Under the pieces are notes generated by a model that did no database searches, was not told the DNA's origin, and saw only the letters and a program-made list of their open reading frames with translations. A DNA stretch of 34,688 nucleotides from positions 1 through 34,688 of the forward strand of contig JAMOTX010000050.1 of NCBI GenBank assembly GCA_027062145.1, written 5' to 3'. Below, one piece after another: positions 1 to 11,788 of this stretch; position 1 is the first letter of the stretch; each line of letters opens with the position of its first letter. Source of the stretch: Candidatus Altimarinota bacterium (GTDB taxonomy: Bacteria; Patescibacteriota; Gracilibacteria; BD1-5; UBA6164). Made by a program: the position numbers and the translations under genes.

Positions 1-90
1 TTATATAGTAGGTATATTTACATATCACTTGTAATTCATAAACTCTTTTCTAACCTCTTTCATTAGAGAATACCATAAAAAATATTAATT

Positions 91-131
91 AAAAAAAGCT
101 AGAAGAAAATTATTTTCTTCTAGCTTTTTTT
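91..131. terminator. Bidirectional intrinsic terminator-like hairpin
   Basis: aaaaaaagctagaagaaaat/attttcttctagcttttttt inverted repeat with A/T tails; contains the stop codon of the minus-strand gene. Confidence 0.75.
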
Positions 132-661
132 GTTTTATATTTAGCTATATTATCAGTATGTCAGTTTAGTTTTATATAATCTAAAACTCTTCATAAATAG
201 TTTGCAATATCAGAGTGTCATTTTACTCATCTGAAATATATATTTGAATGTTCATCAGTTCACTGAATCATTATATTTCAGTATCAAAATATTGAATCAT
301 AAAAATTTCTTCTAGTTGTTGTTGCTTTAACGTCAGTTAGCTTTAATTCCTTTCTATGTTGTGTAAATATACCACTTCTAACAAGTTTTAATACTCTTCT
401 TGTAGTTATTATTATCCATGTATTAGAATATTGTCTTTTAAGATATATAAATAGTATTAATAGAGTAAAAATTGATATTATAGTAGATACTATATATGAA
501 TCTAAAAAATATTTTATACTAATAAATAATATAGCACTCAATATAATGTATACTATAAAAAGATGAGATTTTCTTATTAAAAAATGAATTATATTTTCAT
601 GTTGTTTTAATAATAATTTTTCATCAGAATATTGTCATTCAAATTGTTTTTTATCTTTCAT
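110..661 (-). CDS. Membrane protein, probably with a bacterial PH (bPH_2-like) domain
   Basis: Code 25 ORF MKDKKQFEGQYSDE...; two TM segments then WIIITTRRVLKLVRSGIF...DSIFGYGNIMIQG pattern; start overlaps the mutL stop. Confidence 0.65.
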
Positions 662-2480
662 ATTTATTTTTAAGTTCTTCTAAATTTATTTCAAAAATTA
701 CAGGTCTTCAGTGAGGACATGTTGCTGAATAATCTATGACAGAATCATTTAATAATTTATTCATTTCAAATAAACTTAATTTATGTCAAAATTTTATAGC
801 TGATCTACAAGCCGTGTAAGCAAATATTTTATTTTTTATTTCTTCTAAAGTAGTTGATTTAGAAAAATTTCAGCTAGATATATCTTCTATAATTCATAGA
901 AAAATATTTCATATATTATCCTTTTTGATAAAATCAGGGATTCAATTAATAATAATATTATTTCAAGGCATGATTTCAAAATCAAAACCGATGTCTAAAA
1001 AGCTTGTATTATTATTATTTAATATATCTGATTCTTTAGGGGTTAATGATATATTTTCAGCTATTAATAATCATTGAATATTATGTACATAATCATTGTT
1101 TATTAATTTTTCATATATTATTCTTTCTGCTAATGCATGTTGATCTAAAAATTTAATTCACTCTTGAGTTTCTACTATTATGTACGAATTATGTGATTGT
1201 CATATTATTTTTCATAATGGTGTATCATGTAAATCAGTAGATTTTTCTAATTCATTATTTTCCTCATATGTAGATCAATTATCTAACATTGATTTAGAGG
1301 AATCTAATGTATTATTTATTTGAGTTTGATTTATATTTGGAGCTTTATCTGTATATGGAGAGTATGCTTTAAATTTAGTTCACGAACCAGTATATCAATT
1401 TTTATGTACTGGTGCTGGAATATTTTCTCTTAAATTTTTAATACTATAATTATTATTTAAATTATCAGATAATTTAGGAGTAGTAATAAGAGTAACTTTA
1501 TTTAAGGAATCTTGAATAGAATGATAAATTGCTCTAAATATGTTTTGTTCAGATGCAAACCTTACTTCTAGTTTTCTTGGATGAACATTTACATCTACTT
1601 GAGTTGGATCCACATTTAGGTTTAAAACATAACCAGGATTCATAGAATGAGGGATAAATCTATTGTAAGCATCGTTAATTGCTTTCATAATAAGAGGGGA
1701 TTTAATAACCCTTTTATTTACAAATAAACATTGTCTATTTTTACTAGGAAAACTGATTTTAGGATCAGAAATATATCAGTTTATATCTATTCAATTCATC
1801 TCAAAATTGATTTCTAATAAATTTTCTGAAAAATCTGATCAATATATATTATAAATTCTTGTTTTTAAATTTTCACCTTTTGAATATTTAAATATTTTTT
1901 TTGAATCGGATATAAATTCAAACCCTATATTTGGATATGATAATGCAATTTGTTGTAAAAATACAAATATATGATTATATTCTGTCCTTGCTTTTTTTAA
2001 GTAATTTAATCTTGCAGGTGTATTATAAAATAGATTTTCAACTATTATCTTAGTTCATGTTTCACATGCAAAAGTCTCAATATCTTGAGAAATTCATCAT
2101 AGTATTTCTAATTTATTTCAATAATCTTCGTTCATATTTTTAGATATTATTTCCATATCAGAAACTGATGAAATAGCAGAAATAGCCTCTCATCTAAATC
2201 AAAACGTCATTATATTATATAAATCTTCTAAGTTTTTTATCTTACTTGTAGAGTATTTTTCTATTACAAGAGGTAAATCTTCTTTTTCAATTCATTCACC
2301 ATTATCAGATATAATGATTTTATCTATTCATCAATTTTCTATTTCTACTGATATAGAATCAGCTCACGCATCAATACTATTTTCTATTAGTTCTTTTACT
2401 ATTGAAATAGGTCTTTCTACTACTTCTCAGGCTGCAATTTGATTTGCTAAATTTTTATCTAATTTAATTATTTTAGACAT
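651..2480 (-). CDS. mutL: DNA mismatch repair endonuclease MutL
   Basis: MSKIIKLDKNLANQIAAG(TGA)EVVERP; VDVNVHPRKLEVRF; DQHALAER; C-terminal CPHGRP. Confidence 0.97.
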
Positions 2481-2531
2481 TAGGAGTTTTTATAAATTAT
2501 TTATAAAATTTTAGCTATTATGTTAAAAAAG

Positions 2532-2577
2532 TAAATAAAAAAGATTAATTGAAATTTCAATTAATCTTTTTTATTTA
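2532..2577. terminator. Perfect 46-bp palindrome, terminator-like
   Basis: taaataaaaaagattaattgaaa|tttcaattaatcttttttattta; overlaps the stop of the 2561-2788 gene. Confidence 0.7.
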
Positions 2578-2788
2578 AAGTTTCTGATACTTTTGATTTA
2601 ATCATTTCAGGAATGTTTGCATATGCCTGAATTATACTTTTAACTTTGTTATACATTTCTACTACTTCCATTATTGGTCATAATATTTTTAGTACTCTTA
2701 TTAGTACAACTATTAATAATGTTCAAATTATAGAAGAGAATACTATTAATACTAAGTATAATATTTCAATTATTGTTAATGTAACCAT
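2561..2788 (-). CDS. Small membrane protein (75 aa), hypothetical
   Basis: MVTLTIIEILYLVLIVFSSIIGTLLIVVLIRVLKILGP...; single TM plus helical tail; open in code 25. Confidence 0.7.
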
Positions 2789-2804
2789 AATTTTTGTTTA
2801 ATTT

Positions 2805-3305
2805 TTAAGCGTCGTCTATTAATTTATTTATATCTAAATCGAAAGATTTTACAAGTTTTAATATATTTTCAGTACCTTCAATATTTTTATAAACTTTTTC
2901 TTCTTGAAAAACTACCATACAAGGTAATTTTTTTTCATCTATATTATAATCTTTTAATTTGATATTTTCGATTTTCGATTTAGCTAATTTAACAGATATA
3001 TTTTGAGTAAAAGCTTTTGTAGCCATTACAGGTAAAATATACAAAGCTTTTATAAAAAAATCTGATCATTCTTCCGCAAAAATAATTATAGATTTATGCT
3101 TATATTCTTTTTCTATTCAAGTTTCTTTATTTTTAAACTTTGTAGTAGCTGATTTTTTAATGATAACTTCTAATTCTTCTTTTTTATCTATAGTGAGACC
3201 AGAATTAGTTAATTTTCAAGCACTATACTCTATAGCTTTCTGAGTTTGTTCAGAGGCTTTTTCTTTTAATTTAAGAGCTTTTTCTTTTAGTTCTTTAAAA
3301 TCCAT
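2805..3305 (-). CDS. Hypothetical protein (166 aa), possible thioredoxin-like fold without CxxC
   Basis: MDFKELKEKALKLKE... continues through TGA into the track ORF; YNIDEKKLPCMVVFQEEKVYKNIEG resembles a Trx C-terminal motif. Confidence 0.7.
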
Positions 3306-3369
3306 TTTAATTAATTAATTAATATATATTTATATTTTACTATATATTATATTTTTTTGCAAAAAAGAT

Positions 3370-3397
3370 TTGCATTTTGTTACATTATTCATATGAT
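3370..3397 (+). promoter_or_regulatory. Sigma70-type promoter of rplS
   Basis: TTGCAT-16 nt-TATGAT upstream of ATG 3443. Confidence 0.55.
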
Positions 3398-3442
3398 ATG
3401 GCCAATTCCAAAAAAGGAAATTTATTTTTAAAACAAATTATT

Positions 3443-3805
3443 ATGTCAAATTCTGCAATAATAAAAATTGTACAAGAAGGGTTTTTACAAGAAGGTAGAG
3501 AACAAATTAAAACTGGTATGGAAGTTGAGGTTCACCAAATTATTAAAGAAGGTTCTAAAGAAAGAATTCAAAAATTTAAAGGTTTAGTAATTAAAACAGC
3601 TGGTAAATCTGCTTTAGAAAATACTATGACTGTTAGAAGAAAAATTGGTGCCTTTGGTGTTGAAAAAGTATTTGCTATACATTCTCCAACTATTAAACAA
3701 ATTGATATTATTAGACAATTTAAAGTTAGAAGAAAATCTATTAAATTTATTAGAGATCTTACTGGTAAAGCTGCTAGACTTAAAGAAGTTAAAAAAGCAA
3801 AATAA
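3443..3805 (+). CDS. rplS: 50S ribosomal protein L19
   Basis: VHQIIKEGSKERIQKFKGLVI...GVEKVFAIHSP...KVRRK...LTGKAARLKE. Confidence 0.97.
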   Translation: MSNSAIIKIVQEGFLQEGREQIKTGMEVEVHQIIKEGSKERIQKFKGLVIKTAGKSALENTMTVRRKIGAFGVEKVFAIHSPTIKQIDIIRQFKVRRKSIKFIRDLTGKAARLKEVKKAK

Positions 3806-3814
3806 TTGATTTTA

Positions 3815-3841
3815 AAAAACCTCCGATTTAGGAGGTTTTTT
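3815..3841 (+). terminator. Intrinsic terminator after rplS
   Basis: aaaaacctcc-gattta-ggaggttttt. Confidence 0.85.
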
Positions 3842-3901
3842 CTTTTCAAAAAGTATTTTTTGAATATAATCTTTAGCAATTAATTAACAAATAATATAAA
3901 T

Positions 3902-5356
3902 ATGAATTTTAAAGATTTAAGTTTAGAAGAAATAATAAATAAATTGAACTCTAAAGAGGTAACAAAAGAGGAAGTTTTTGATTATTTTCAAAGTAGAATT
4001 GAAAAATATGATGATAAAATCAAATCATATAATTTTATAAATAAAAAAGGATTAAATTCTATAGATTGAAAATTAGCTTGAGTACCAATTGCTGTAAAAG
4101 ATATTTTTTGTGAAAAATGAGTAGTTACTACTTGTGCGTCAAATATGTTAAAAGATTTTGTACCACCTTATGATTCTGCTGTTATTGAAAATTTAAAAGA
4201 TGCTTGAATGAGTAGTCTTTGAAAAGTAAATATGGATGAATTTGCAATGGGTTCTACAAGTGAATCTTCGGTTATTCATACTACAACAAATCCATGGGGA
4301 ACTGATAGAATTCCAGGTGGTTCAAGCTGAGGTTCAGCTGCTTGTGTTGCAGCTTGATTAGCTCCTGCAGCACTTTGAACTGATACTGGGTGAAGTATTA
4401 GACAGCCTGCATCTATGTGTGGTATAGTTTGATTTAAACCAAGTTATGGTAGAAATAGTAGATATTGAACTATGGCTATGGCTTCAAGTTTAGATTGTCC
4501 ATGAACACTTACAAAAACTGTAAAAGATTCAGCAATTTTATATAATATTATGAATGGTTATGATGAAAGAGAAAGTACTTCGTTACCAGGAAAAGATATT
4601 ATTGATGATAAAATTTGGGAAACAAAAAATTTAAAATGAATGAAAATAGGTATTCCAAAAGAATATTTTGAAGAATGATTAGATAAATGAGTAAAAGCTA
4701 GAATTGATGAAGCAGTTGAAAAAATGAAAGAATTATGAGCTGAAATAAAAGAGGTATCTCTTCCTATGACAAAATATGCAATTGCTACTTATTATATAAT
4801 TATGCCTGCAGAAGTATCTACTAATCTTTCTAGATATGATGGTATAAGGTTTGGTCATAATTCTGATAAATCATATGAAAGTACAGATGAATTATTTATG
4901 AACAATAGAGAAGAATGATTTGGTGATGAAGCTAAAAGAAGAATAGTTTTATGAAGTTATGTATTATCTGCTTGATATTATGATGCTTATTTTAAAAAAG
5001 CTACTCAAGTAAGAACTCTTATTATAGAAGATTTTAATAAAGTTTTTGAAGAAGTAGATGCTATTATTTCTCCTGTTGCACCAACTGTTGCTTGGAAAAC
5101 ATGAGAAAAAATAAATGATCCAGTTAAAATGTATTTATCTGATGCATATACTATTCCTGCTTCTTTAGCTTGATTGCCATGAATATCAGTTCCATGTGGT
5201 TTCGCTGAGAGTGATGATGAAAATAAAGAATTACTACCAGTTTGATTACAAATATTAACTAGTAGATTAGAAGAACAAAAACTATTTGAAATAGCTAATG
5301 TTTATGAACAAGCTACTAAATTTTGAATTAAATGTCCAAAATGATTTGAAGATTAA
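3902..5356 (+). CDS. gatA: Asp/Glu-tRNA amidotransferase subunit A
   Basis: [45 protein letters not shown] amidase signature, with many TGA=Gly. Confidence 0.96.
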
Positions 5357-5424
5357 GCTTCAATTTGACAAAATAATTACTAATATGTTAAAATATTAGT
5401 AATTATTTTTTTATAAATAAAATT

Positions 5425-6516
5425 ATGCCACTTATTGAATGAATTGCTGAACCACAAATGTGAGATAAGGAAAAAATAGATCAAGATAATTTAGACTATT
5501 CTAAACCTCTTAATAAACCATTAGATGAAACAAAAGATGAATTAAAATCATTATTTTGAGATTTTTCAAAAGAAAAAAAAGATCCTCTTTCTGATATGAA
5601 TGAAAAACAAGTTTCTGAAGATGAATTAGATTCTTTATTAAATCTGGATGAAGAATCTATTATTGATAAAAATCATGTAAATATAGATGATTTTTCAGAT
5701 ACGCCTACTGAAGAAGATTATATGAATAATCAAAAACAATTAGAAATAAAAACTTCAAAAGAATTTCCTCTAGTTAAAACTTTCTTGAGTGAAAGAAATA
5801 TAAATGAGGATTCTTTATCTTTAAATAAAGATTGAAAAATTGATGTAAATGCTATTGAATGACTAGGTTATGAAGATAAAGAAATGTTGACATGATTATT
5901 AGTAAATATCGAGTGAGATAATAGAGATCAAAACAGAATAGATTTTTCTACAAATATTAAAAATATTCAAGAATTTAGTGAATATGATTTAACATTTTGA
6001 GATCAATGATTTGATAATGGTGTTTTAAATAGGATTTGAGGAAATTATATTGATATTCCTGATGCATCATGAAAAATAGATGTAACAAAAAATATTTCTA
6101 CTTCAATTGAAATTACTAAAAATGAAATTTTAAAAGAGGCTAAAAATGTTAAACCTGATTCTCAAACTTATAAGACAGCAATTGCTAATATTGAATCATG
6201 AAATTTACAAAAACAATTAGAATGAATAAATAGCTTATATTATTTAGCATTTTCATCTGAAGGTAAACTATGAGCTAAAGAGTCTTTAAGTATTCATAAA
6301 AATAAAAGAAAAAAAGAATTAATAAATGATGCTAATGTATTAGAAGATAAAATTCAAATTGCTTTAAATAATAATGATCAAAAAGAATTAAAAAAATTAG
6401 ATATTCAAAAAGATGTTATTATTTTCGAAGTAGAAGAATTAGTAAAATGAGATATTTTTGAATCAGGTGAATTAGATAAAATGGAGGAAAATTTAGAAAA
6501 AGAAAAACAAGATTAG
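5425..6516 (+). CDS. Acidic hypothetical protein (363 aa)
   Basis: Continuous code-25 ORF MPLIEGIAEPQMG...EKEKQD; upstream TTGACA (5365) and TGnTAAAAT. Confidence 0.8.
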
Positions 6517-6533
6517 TCTTGTTTTTCTTTTTT
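6497..6533. terminator. Bidirectional terminator at convergent gene ends
   Basis: aaaaagaaaaacaagat/gtcttgtttttcttttt hairpin with both stop codons at its centre. Confidence 0.75.
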
Positions 6534-7988
6534 ATTGAACCATAAAATAATAAATATTAATATTATAAAATATAAAATTTCATAATGAGTTTTATATATT
6601 CATGGATTCAATTTAATCAAAGCCCAATTTAAATTTCAAAAGAAATGTACAACTAATATATCCCATTTTAGGAAAATCCGTGTTATATAACCTATAATAA
6701 TTCATCATAATGGATAGACAAAATGGACAATAACACTTATAAAACCAAAAATCATTGCTAAGGGAATAGTCCAAGTAACTGCTATGTTACTAAAGGGAGC
6801 TAATATAGACACTTGACCAAAACTAAATACCATAATTGGTAAAGTAAATATTAATGCTGATAAAGTTAATGTGAATGCAGTTTTTATTTCCAGTAAATTT
6901 GGTAAGAAATAAAATATTTTTTCAAAGAATTTTTGGCTATAAATTATTCATAAAACTGCTAAAAAACTTAAATGTAGTGAAATATCATAATTGAGACTTA
7001 AAGGTGAATAAATAACCATCAAGGTTATTGTAAATATTATTATTGATAATATATTTCACTTTCTTCATGAAATTAAAATATAATATCATAAAAGTCACAT
7101 AATTGAAGCTCTAATAACTGGTGCTGTATCACCTACTAAAATAGTAAAAAAAGCTATAAAAAGAGTGATAATTATAGTTTTTAACCATATAGGGAGGTAC
7201 TGTAAGAAAAAAGTTATAAATATTATTAAAATTGTAATATTAAATCATGAAACAGCTATAAAATGAGTTAATCAAGAATTATTAAAATCTTTTTTTAAAT
7301 TATCAGGAAGGGATTCTCTTGCTCAAAGAAGTATTCATCATAAAAATATTGCTTCTTCTTTAGGGTATATTTCATAAATTGAGCTAAGAAATTTTTGCCT
7401 AAATTTAATAATTATCTTTTCTATTATATTTGGTTCATTTATTCATAAAATAGTTAACTTATATGAGTCAGCACTAAAATAAATATTTTTAGATAACATA
7501 AAGTATTTATAATTAAATCATTCAAAGCTTTTTATAGGATTTATTTTAGTTATAATATTTAATAGTGTTCATTTATTTATTTTTTTATCTAGAGTTATTA
7601 ATAATAAAATATTAGTTTTAATTTTTTTATCTCATAACTTAATTAATTTTCATATATATTGAATTTTACCATTAGTTATTTTATTTACTCACTTTATTTC
7701 TATGTTCATTGATATTATATTGTTGTAGTATTTAGTTAATATTTTTTCGTTATCTTGAATGTTGGAATAATTATTATTTGAAATTAATATTCATAAAACA
7801 AAAGAAAGTATTATAAAAATAAATAATTTAATAAATTTCTTTTTTAGTAAAAAATATCACAAAAAAAGCACTACTAAAATTAGTAGTACTAGGAGTGATG
7901 TAAAAATATTATTTATTAGATTATTAGTGAATATTCATATTAAAAAAAATATTCAACTATATATAAATATAATGTATTTAGGTGTCAT
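6513..7988 (-). CDS. comEC: ComEC/Rec2 DNA-uptake channel (no C-terminal metallo-beta-lactamase domain evident)
   Basis: FNNSGLTHFIAVSGFNITIL; APVIRASIMG; YDISLHLSFLAVLG; multiple TM segments. Confidence 0.92.
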
Positions 7989-7991
7989 AAT

Positions 7992-8789
7992 TTAATTTAA
8001 AAATGTTTTTTCTTTAATTTCGCTAGATCTAAAAACTATAAATAATCTATATGAACAAAATATTATAAATATTATAGAAAAAATTTGTAATATATTTATT
8101 CTGATATATTCATTATCCCTAAATATATCATATTTTCAACTAAAAAATTCAAATATTAGAAATATAGAAGACATAATAATTAATCATATATAACCAATTA
8201 AACCTTTTATATGAACATACATAGAACTAATGTATGATACAGAGAATAATATAAAAAATATTATTGCATATATTATTGGTAGAGGAAATACAGGTACTTG
8301 AAAGGGAACAGGTGAAAAAGGATGATTATATAATATTTCTATTCAATAAAAAGTTTCTCTTCAATATACTTGTCCTCAAAATAATGATCAAATATATCAA
8401 ATAAATAATATAAAAAATAAAGAAATAGTTAATCCATCTATAAAATTAGTAATTCTTTCTCTTTTAATTCTAGTAATAGTAAATAGTACTGTTAAAAATC
8501 AGAAAATTGCTCAGGCTAGTGAAAAATTATAGTCACTCATTATAAAAAATTCAAAAGGATTTTTTATATATTTTAAATCGTGCCATTTTCATATTACATA
8601 AAATAGTCTTGAAAAGAAAAATACTCAAAGAAAAAACCATAAGATATTTTTTTTAAATATATTGTAATCATATCAAAATCTTACTTGTAGTTTTTTTAGC
8701 ATCCATAGAAATGCAAAAAAACAAACTGTAATAGTTAATCAAAATGTATATATTATAAATCAATTAACAGGTTCAAAAAATGGAAACAT
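7992..8789 (-). CDS. Lgt-family (prolipoprotein diacylglyceryl transferase-like) membrane protein, divergent
   Basis: MFPFFEPVNGFIIYTFG; FFSRLFYV; NPFEFF...FSLAGAIFG; IGYIGSLFGGQVYGRET match Lgt architecture. Confidence 0.75.
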
Positions 8790-8852
8790 AGCTTTAAATT
8801 ACTATTAAATTATATTTATTTTATATTTTTAATGAAAAAAAGCAATGCTTTT

Positions 8853-9275
8853 TTAGGCAATGCTTTTTTTATTAGAAAAATGAATTTTATGTTCTCTATT
8901 TGATTCATATTCAGAATCTGAAGAATGTATTAAATTATAGAGTTTTGACGTTCATATATATTTTTTTCTCATTGATAGAGCTATTTTTCTAACGTTTTCT
9001 ATAGCTTGTTCTCAACTTATTGATAATATAATTGATACATCTGAACTAATATATTTTACCACACTATTAAATAATGGATGATCTTTTTTATCTGCATAAT
9101 GTTCTTTTGCAGTTTTTTCATCTATTATTGTTTTTTTTCTTTCAATAATTTTAAATCATTTTATTGATAATATTCTAAAAAATATTTTTTGAAATTCTTC
9201 TTTAGTTACTTTTATATTTTCATTTAATTCTGATTTGGGTATTGAAGGTTTTAATATTATTAATGTTTTTTCCAT
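8853..9275 (-). CDS. ndk: Nucleoside diphosphate kinase (divergent)
   Basis: MEKTLIILKP; AKEHYA; NLIHSSDS catalytic-His motif. Confidence 0.88.
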
Positions 9276-9277
9276 AA

Positions 9278-9835
9278 TTATGCTCTATTTCTATATTCTT
9301 TAGTTCTTGTATCAATTACTAATTTATCTCATACCTTTACAAATAAAGGAACTTGAATAATTAATCCAGTAGTTAATGTAGCTGGCTTTTTACCACCTGT
9401 TGCAGTATCACCTTTTTCACCAGGTGGTGTTTCAGTTACTTCAAGAGTACATGTAGGTTCAAGATTAACATTAATGGGATTACCATTAAATTCTTGTAAT
9501 AATACTTTATCACCATCTTGTAAAAATAATTCAGCACCTCATAAAGCTTCTTTTAATAATTCAACTTGTTCAAAAGTAGTATTATTCATGAAATAATAAT
9601 TTGTACCATCATTATATAAATAATCATATTCTGTATTTGTTATGTCAGCAGGTGGGAATCTATCATGATCTGAAAATGTTTTTGGTATATTAGAACCAGT
9701 TAATAAATTTCTAGCTTTAATATTTATAATTGAACCTCATCTACCCATTACTTTTTGAGCATAACTCACTACTTCGTAAGGAGCATTATCCATTATAAAT
9801 TTTTTACCTACTTTTAGGTCACTTGCATTGTACAT
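9278..9835 (-). CDS. efp: Elongation factor P
   Basis: MYNASDLKVG...KVMGRGGSII; YLYNDG; ETPPGEKGDTATGGKKPATLTTGLIIQVPLFVKVGDKLVIDTRT. Confidence 0.95.
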
Positions 9836-9857
9836 ATTTATATATTTTAAAGATAAA

Positions 9858-9908
9858 AATTACGAATTACGTATATATTATATAATACTCGTAATTCGTA
9901 ATTGTCAA
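9858..9908. promoter_or_regulatory. 14-bp inverted repeat overlapping a putative efp promoter
   Basis: aattacgaattacg...cgtaattcgtaatt; minus-strand TTGACA (9908-9903) followed by TATTATATAAT. Confidence 0.6.
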
Positions 9909-9924
9909 TTAGTTAATTTTGTAT

Positions 9925-11415
9925 TTATTTAGCAACTTCTATAACTCTCATTTCTCTGATTAAATTAACTTTAACTTCACCAGGATATGATAGTTTTTCT
10001 TGAATATGATCAGCAATATCTTTAGCTAATTCAGCAGCTTCAATATCTGAAATAGTTTTAGCATTTACAAATACTCTTATTTCTCTACCAGCTGATAAAG
10101 CATATGCTTTATCTACTCATGAAAAGCTTTGCACTAATGCTTCCATTTCTTGTACTCTTTTCAAGTAGTCTTCTATTACTTCTCTTCTAGCACCAGGTCT
10201 TACAGATGATATAGCATCGGCAACTTGAACAATAGCAGCTTCTAAAGAAATATTAAATTGTTCACCATGATGATTTTCAATCATATCAATAATTTTTGGA
10301 TCAAGTTTATATTTTCTAGCAAGTACTCAACCAATTTCTGGATGTGTTCATTCTAAATCTTGATCTAAAGCTTTACCTATATCATGTAACAATCAACCAA
10401 CTTTAACTATTTTAGGATCAGCTCATAATTCTTTAGCTAATGCTTCTGCAATTATTGCTGTTTCTTTTGAATGTTTAAGTATATTTTGACCATAACTAGT
10501 TCTAAATCTAAGTTTACCTATAACTGGGATTATTTCATCAGGAAGGTTTCTTATTCATAGTTCTTCAGTAATTTTTGTACCTAATTCTTTTAGTAATACA
10601 TCTGCTTCTGCTTCTGTGTTAGCAACAACTTCTTCAATTCTTGCTGGTTGAATTCTACCGTCTTCTATAAGTTTTTCTAATGATTTTTTAGCAATATATC
10701 TTCTATATAAATCAAATGCTGAAATAAATACAGTATCTGGTGTATCATCAATAATTAGTGCAACTCATGCTGATCTTTCAAAAGTAGTAATATTTCTACC
10801 TTCTTTACCGATAAGTTTACCTTTTATATCATCAGATGGAATAGGTATAAGAGTTGTAGTAACTTCACTAGTTACATCTCATGCATATTGTTGAATAGAT
10901 TTTAAAATAATATCTCTAGAAATTTCTTTCTTTTGATCTTCAATCTTTTTTCTATATTTTGTAATTACTTCAACTCAATCTTCAGAAAATTTATCTTTTA
11001 TTTGTTTTAAAAATATTTCTTTTGCTTCAGATTCAGTTAATTTAGATATTTCTGCTAATTTTCAATCAAGTTCAATTTTTTGATCTTCTAATTTTTCTCT
11101 TTGCTCTCTTAAATTATCTTCTCTTTGTATGATTTTATCTTGTTTTTCTTCAATTATTTCTAATCTAGTTTGAATTTTTTCTTCTCTTTCTAAAATTCTT
11201 TCTTCAATTTTTTCAGCTTTGTTAATTATTTCAAAACTTTCTTTTCTAGCTTCTTCTAGAACTTTTTCTTTTTTATTTTCTGCATCTTTTATAATTTTTT
11301 CTGATTTATCTCAGGCTTTATTTGTTTTTCTATTTTCCCATATGTAAAATAAAACTACAGATAATGACATTCAAAAAATTACTCAGGCAAGAATAAGTAA
11401 CATAGTATGACTCAT
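9925..11415 (-). CDS. rny: Ribonuclease Y
   Basis: N-terminal TM, coiled coil, KH motif [14 protein letters not shown] motif [24 protein letters not shown]. Confidence 0.96.
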
Positions 11416-11458
11416 TTTTTGATATTTATTATATAAAATATATCAATATTTGATATAT

Positions 11459-11718
11459 ATCCTTAGTTATAAAGGAATTTTGATAATAAAATCAGTTTCT
11501 CTAAAAAGATATGTAAATACTTACATATATGTTTACAAATCAGGTTATGTTATGATTTATATTAGCTTTATAAAAATATCGTTGTCATATTTGATTATAA
11601 AACTAATTTGGAATGTCTTTTAAAGACTTAATTTTTTATAATTTACTATTAAGATAGTAATTTTGGTATCATTTTATTACTTATATTTATCTATATAAGT
11701 AATATTTATATTAAGGAT
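11459..11718 (-). ncRNA. Candidate structured RNA / rny leader (6S-like candidate)
   Basis: ~370-bp non-coding gap with a terminal inverted repeat and at least five internal hairpins; no family identity established. Confidence 0.4.
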
Positions 11719-11735
11719 TTTTGAGATAAAGCAAT

Positions 11736-11771
11736 AAAAAAACAATTACTAATATTAGTAATTGTTTTTTT
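11736..11771 (-). terminator. Terminator after fusA
   Basis: aaaaaaacaattactaa-ta-ttagtaattgttttttt palindrome. Confidence 0.8.
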
Positions 11772-11788
11772 ATATTTTATAGAAAAGA

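Noticed and set aside
1..66. Short ORFs at the window start (20-aa minus ORF; possible plus-strand gene end)
   Set aside because: Too short and truncated to assign frame or product
3377..3442. N-terminal extension of L19 from the TTG start in the track
   Set aside because: It overlaps the predicted promoter; ATG 3443 gives a normal-length L19
3568..3879. 103-aa minus-strand ORF
   Set aside because: Antisense shadow of rplS with no recognisable motifs
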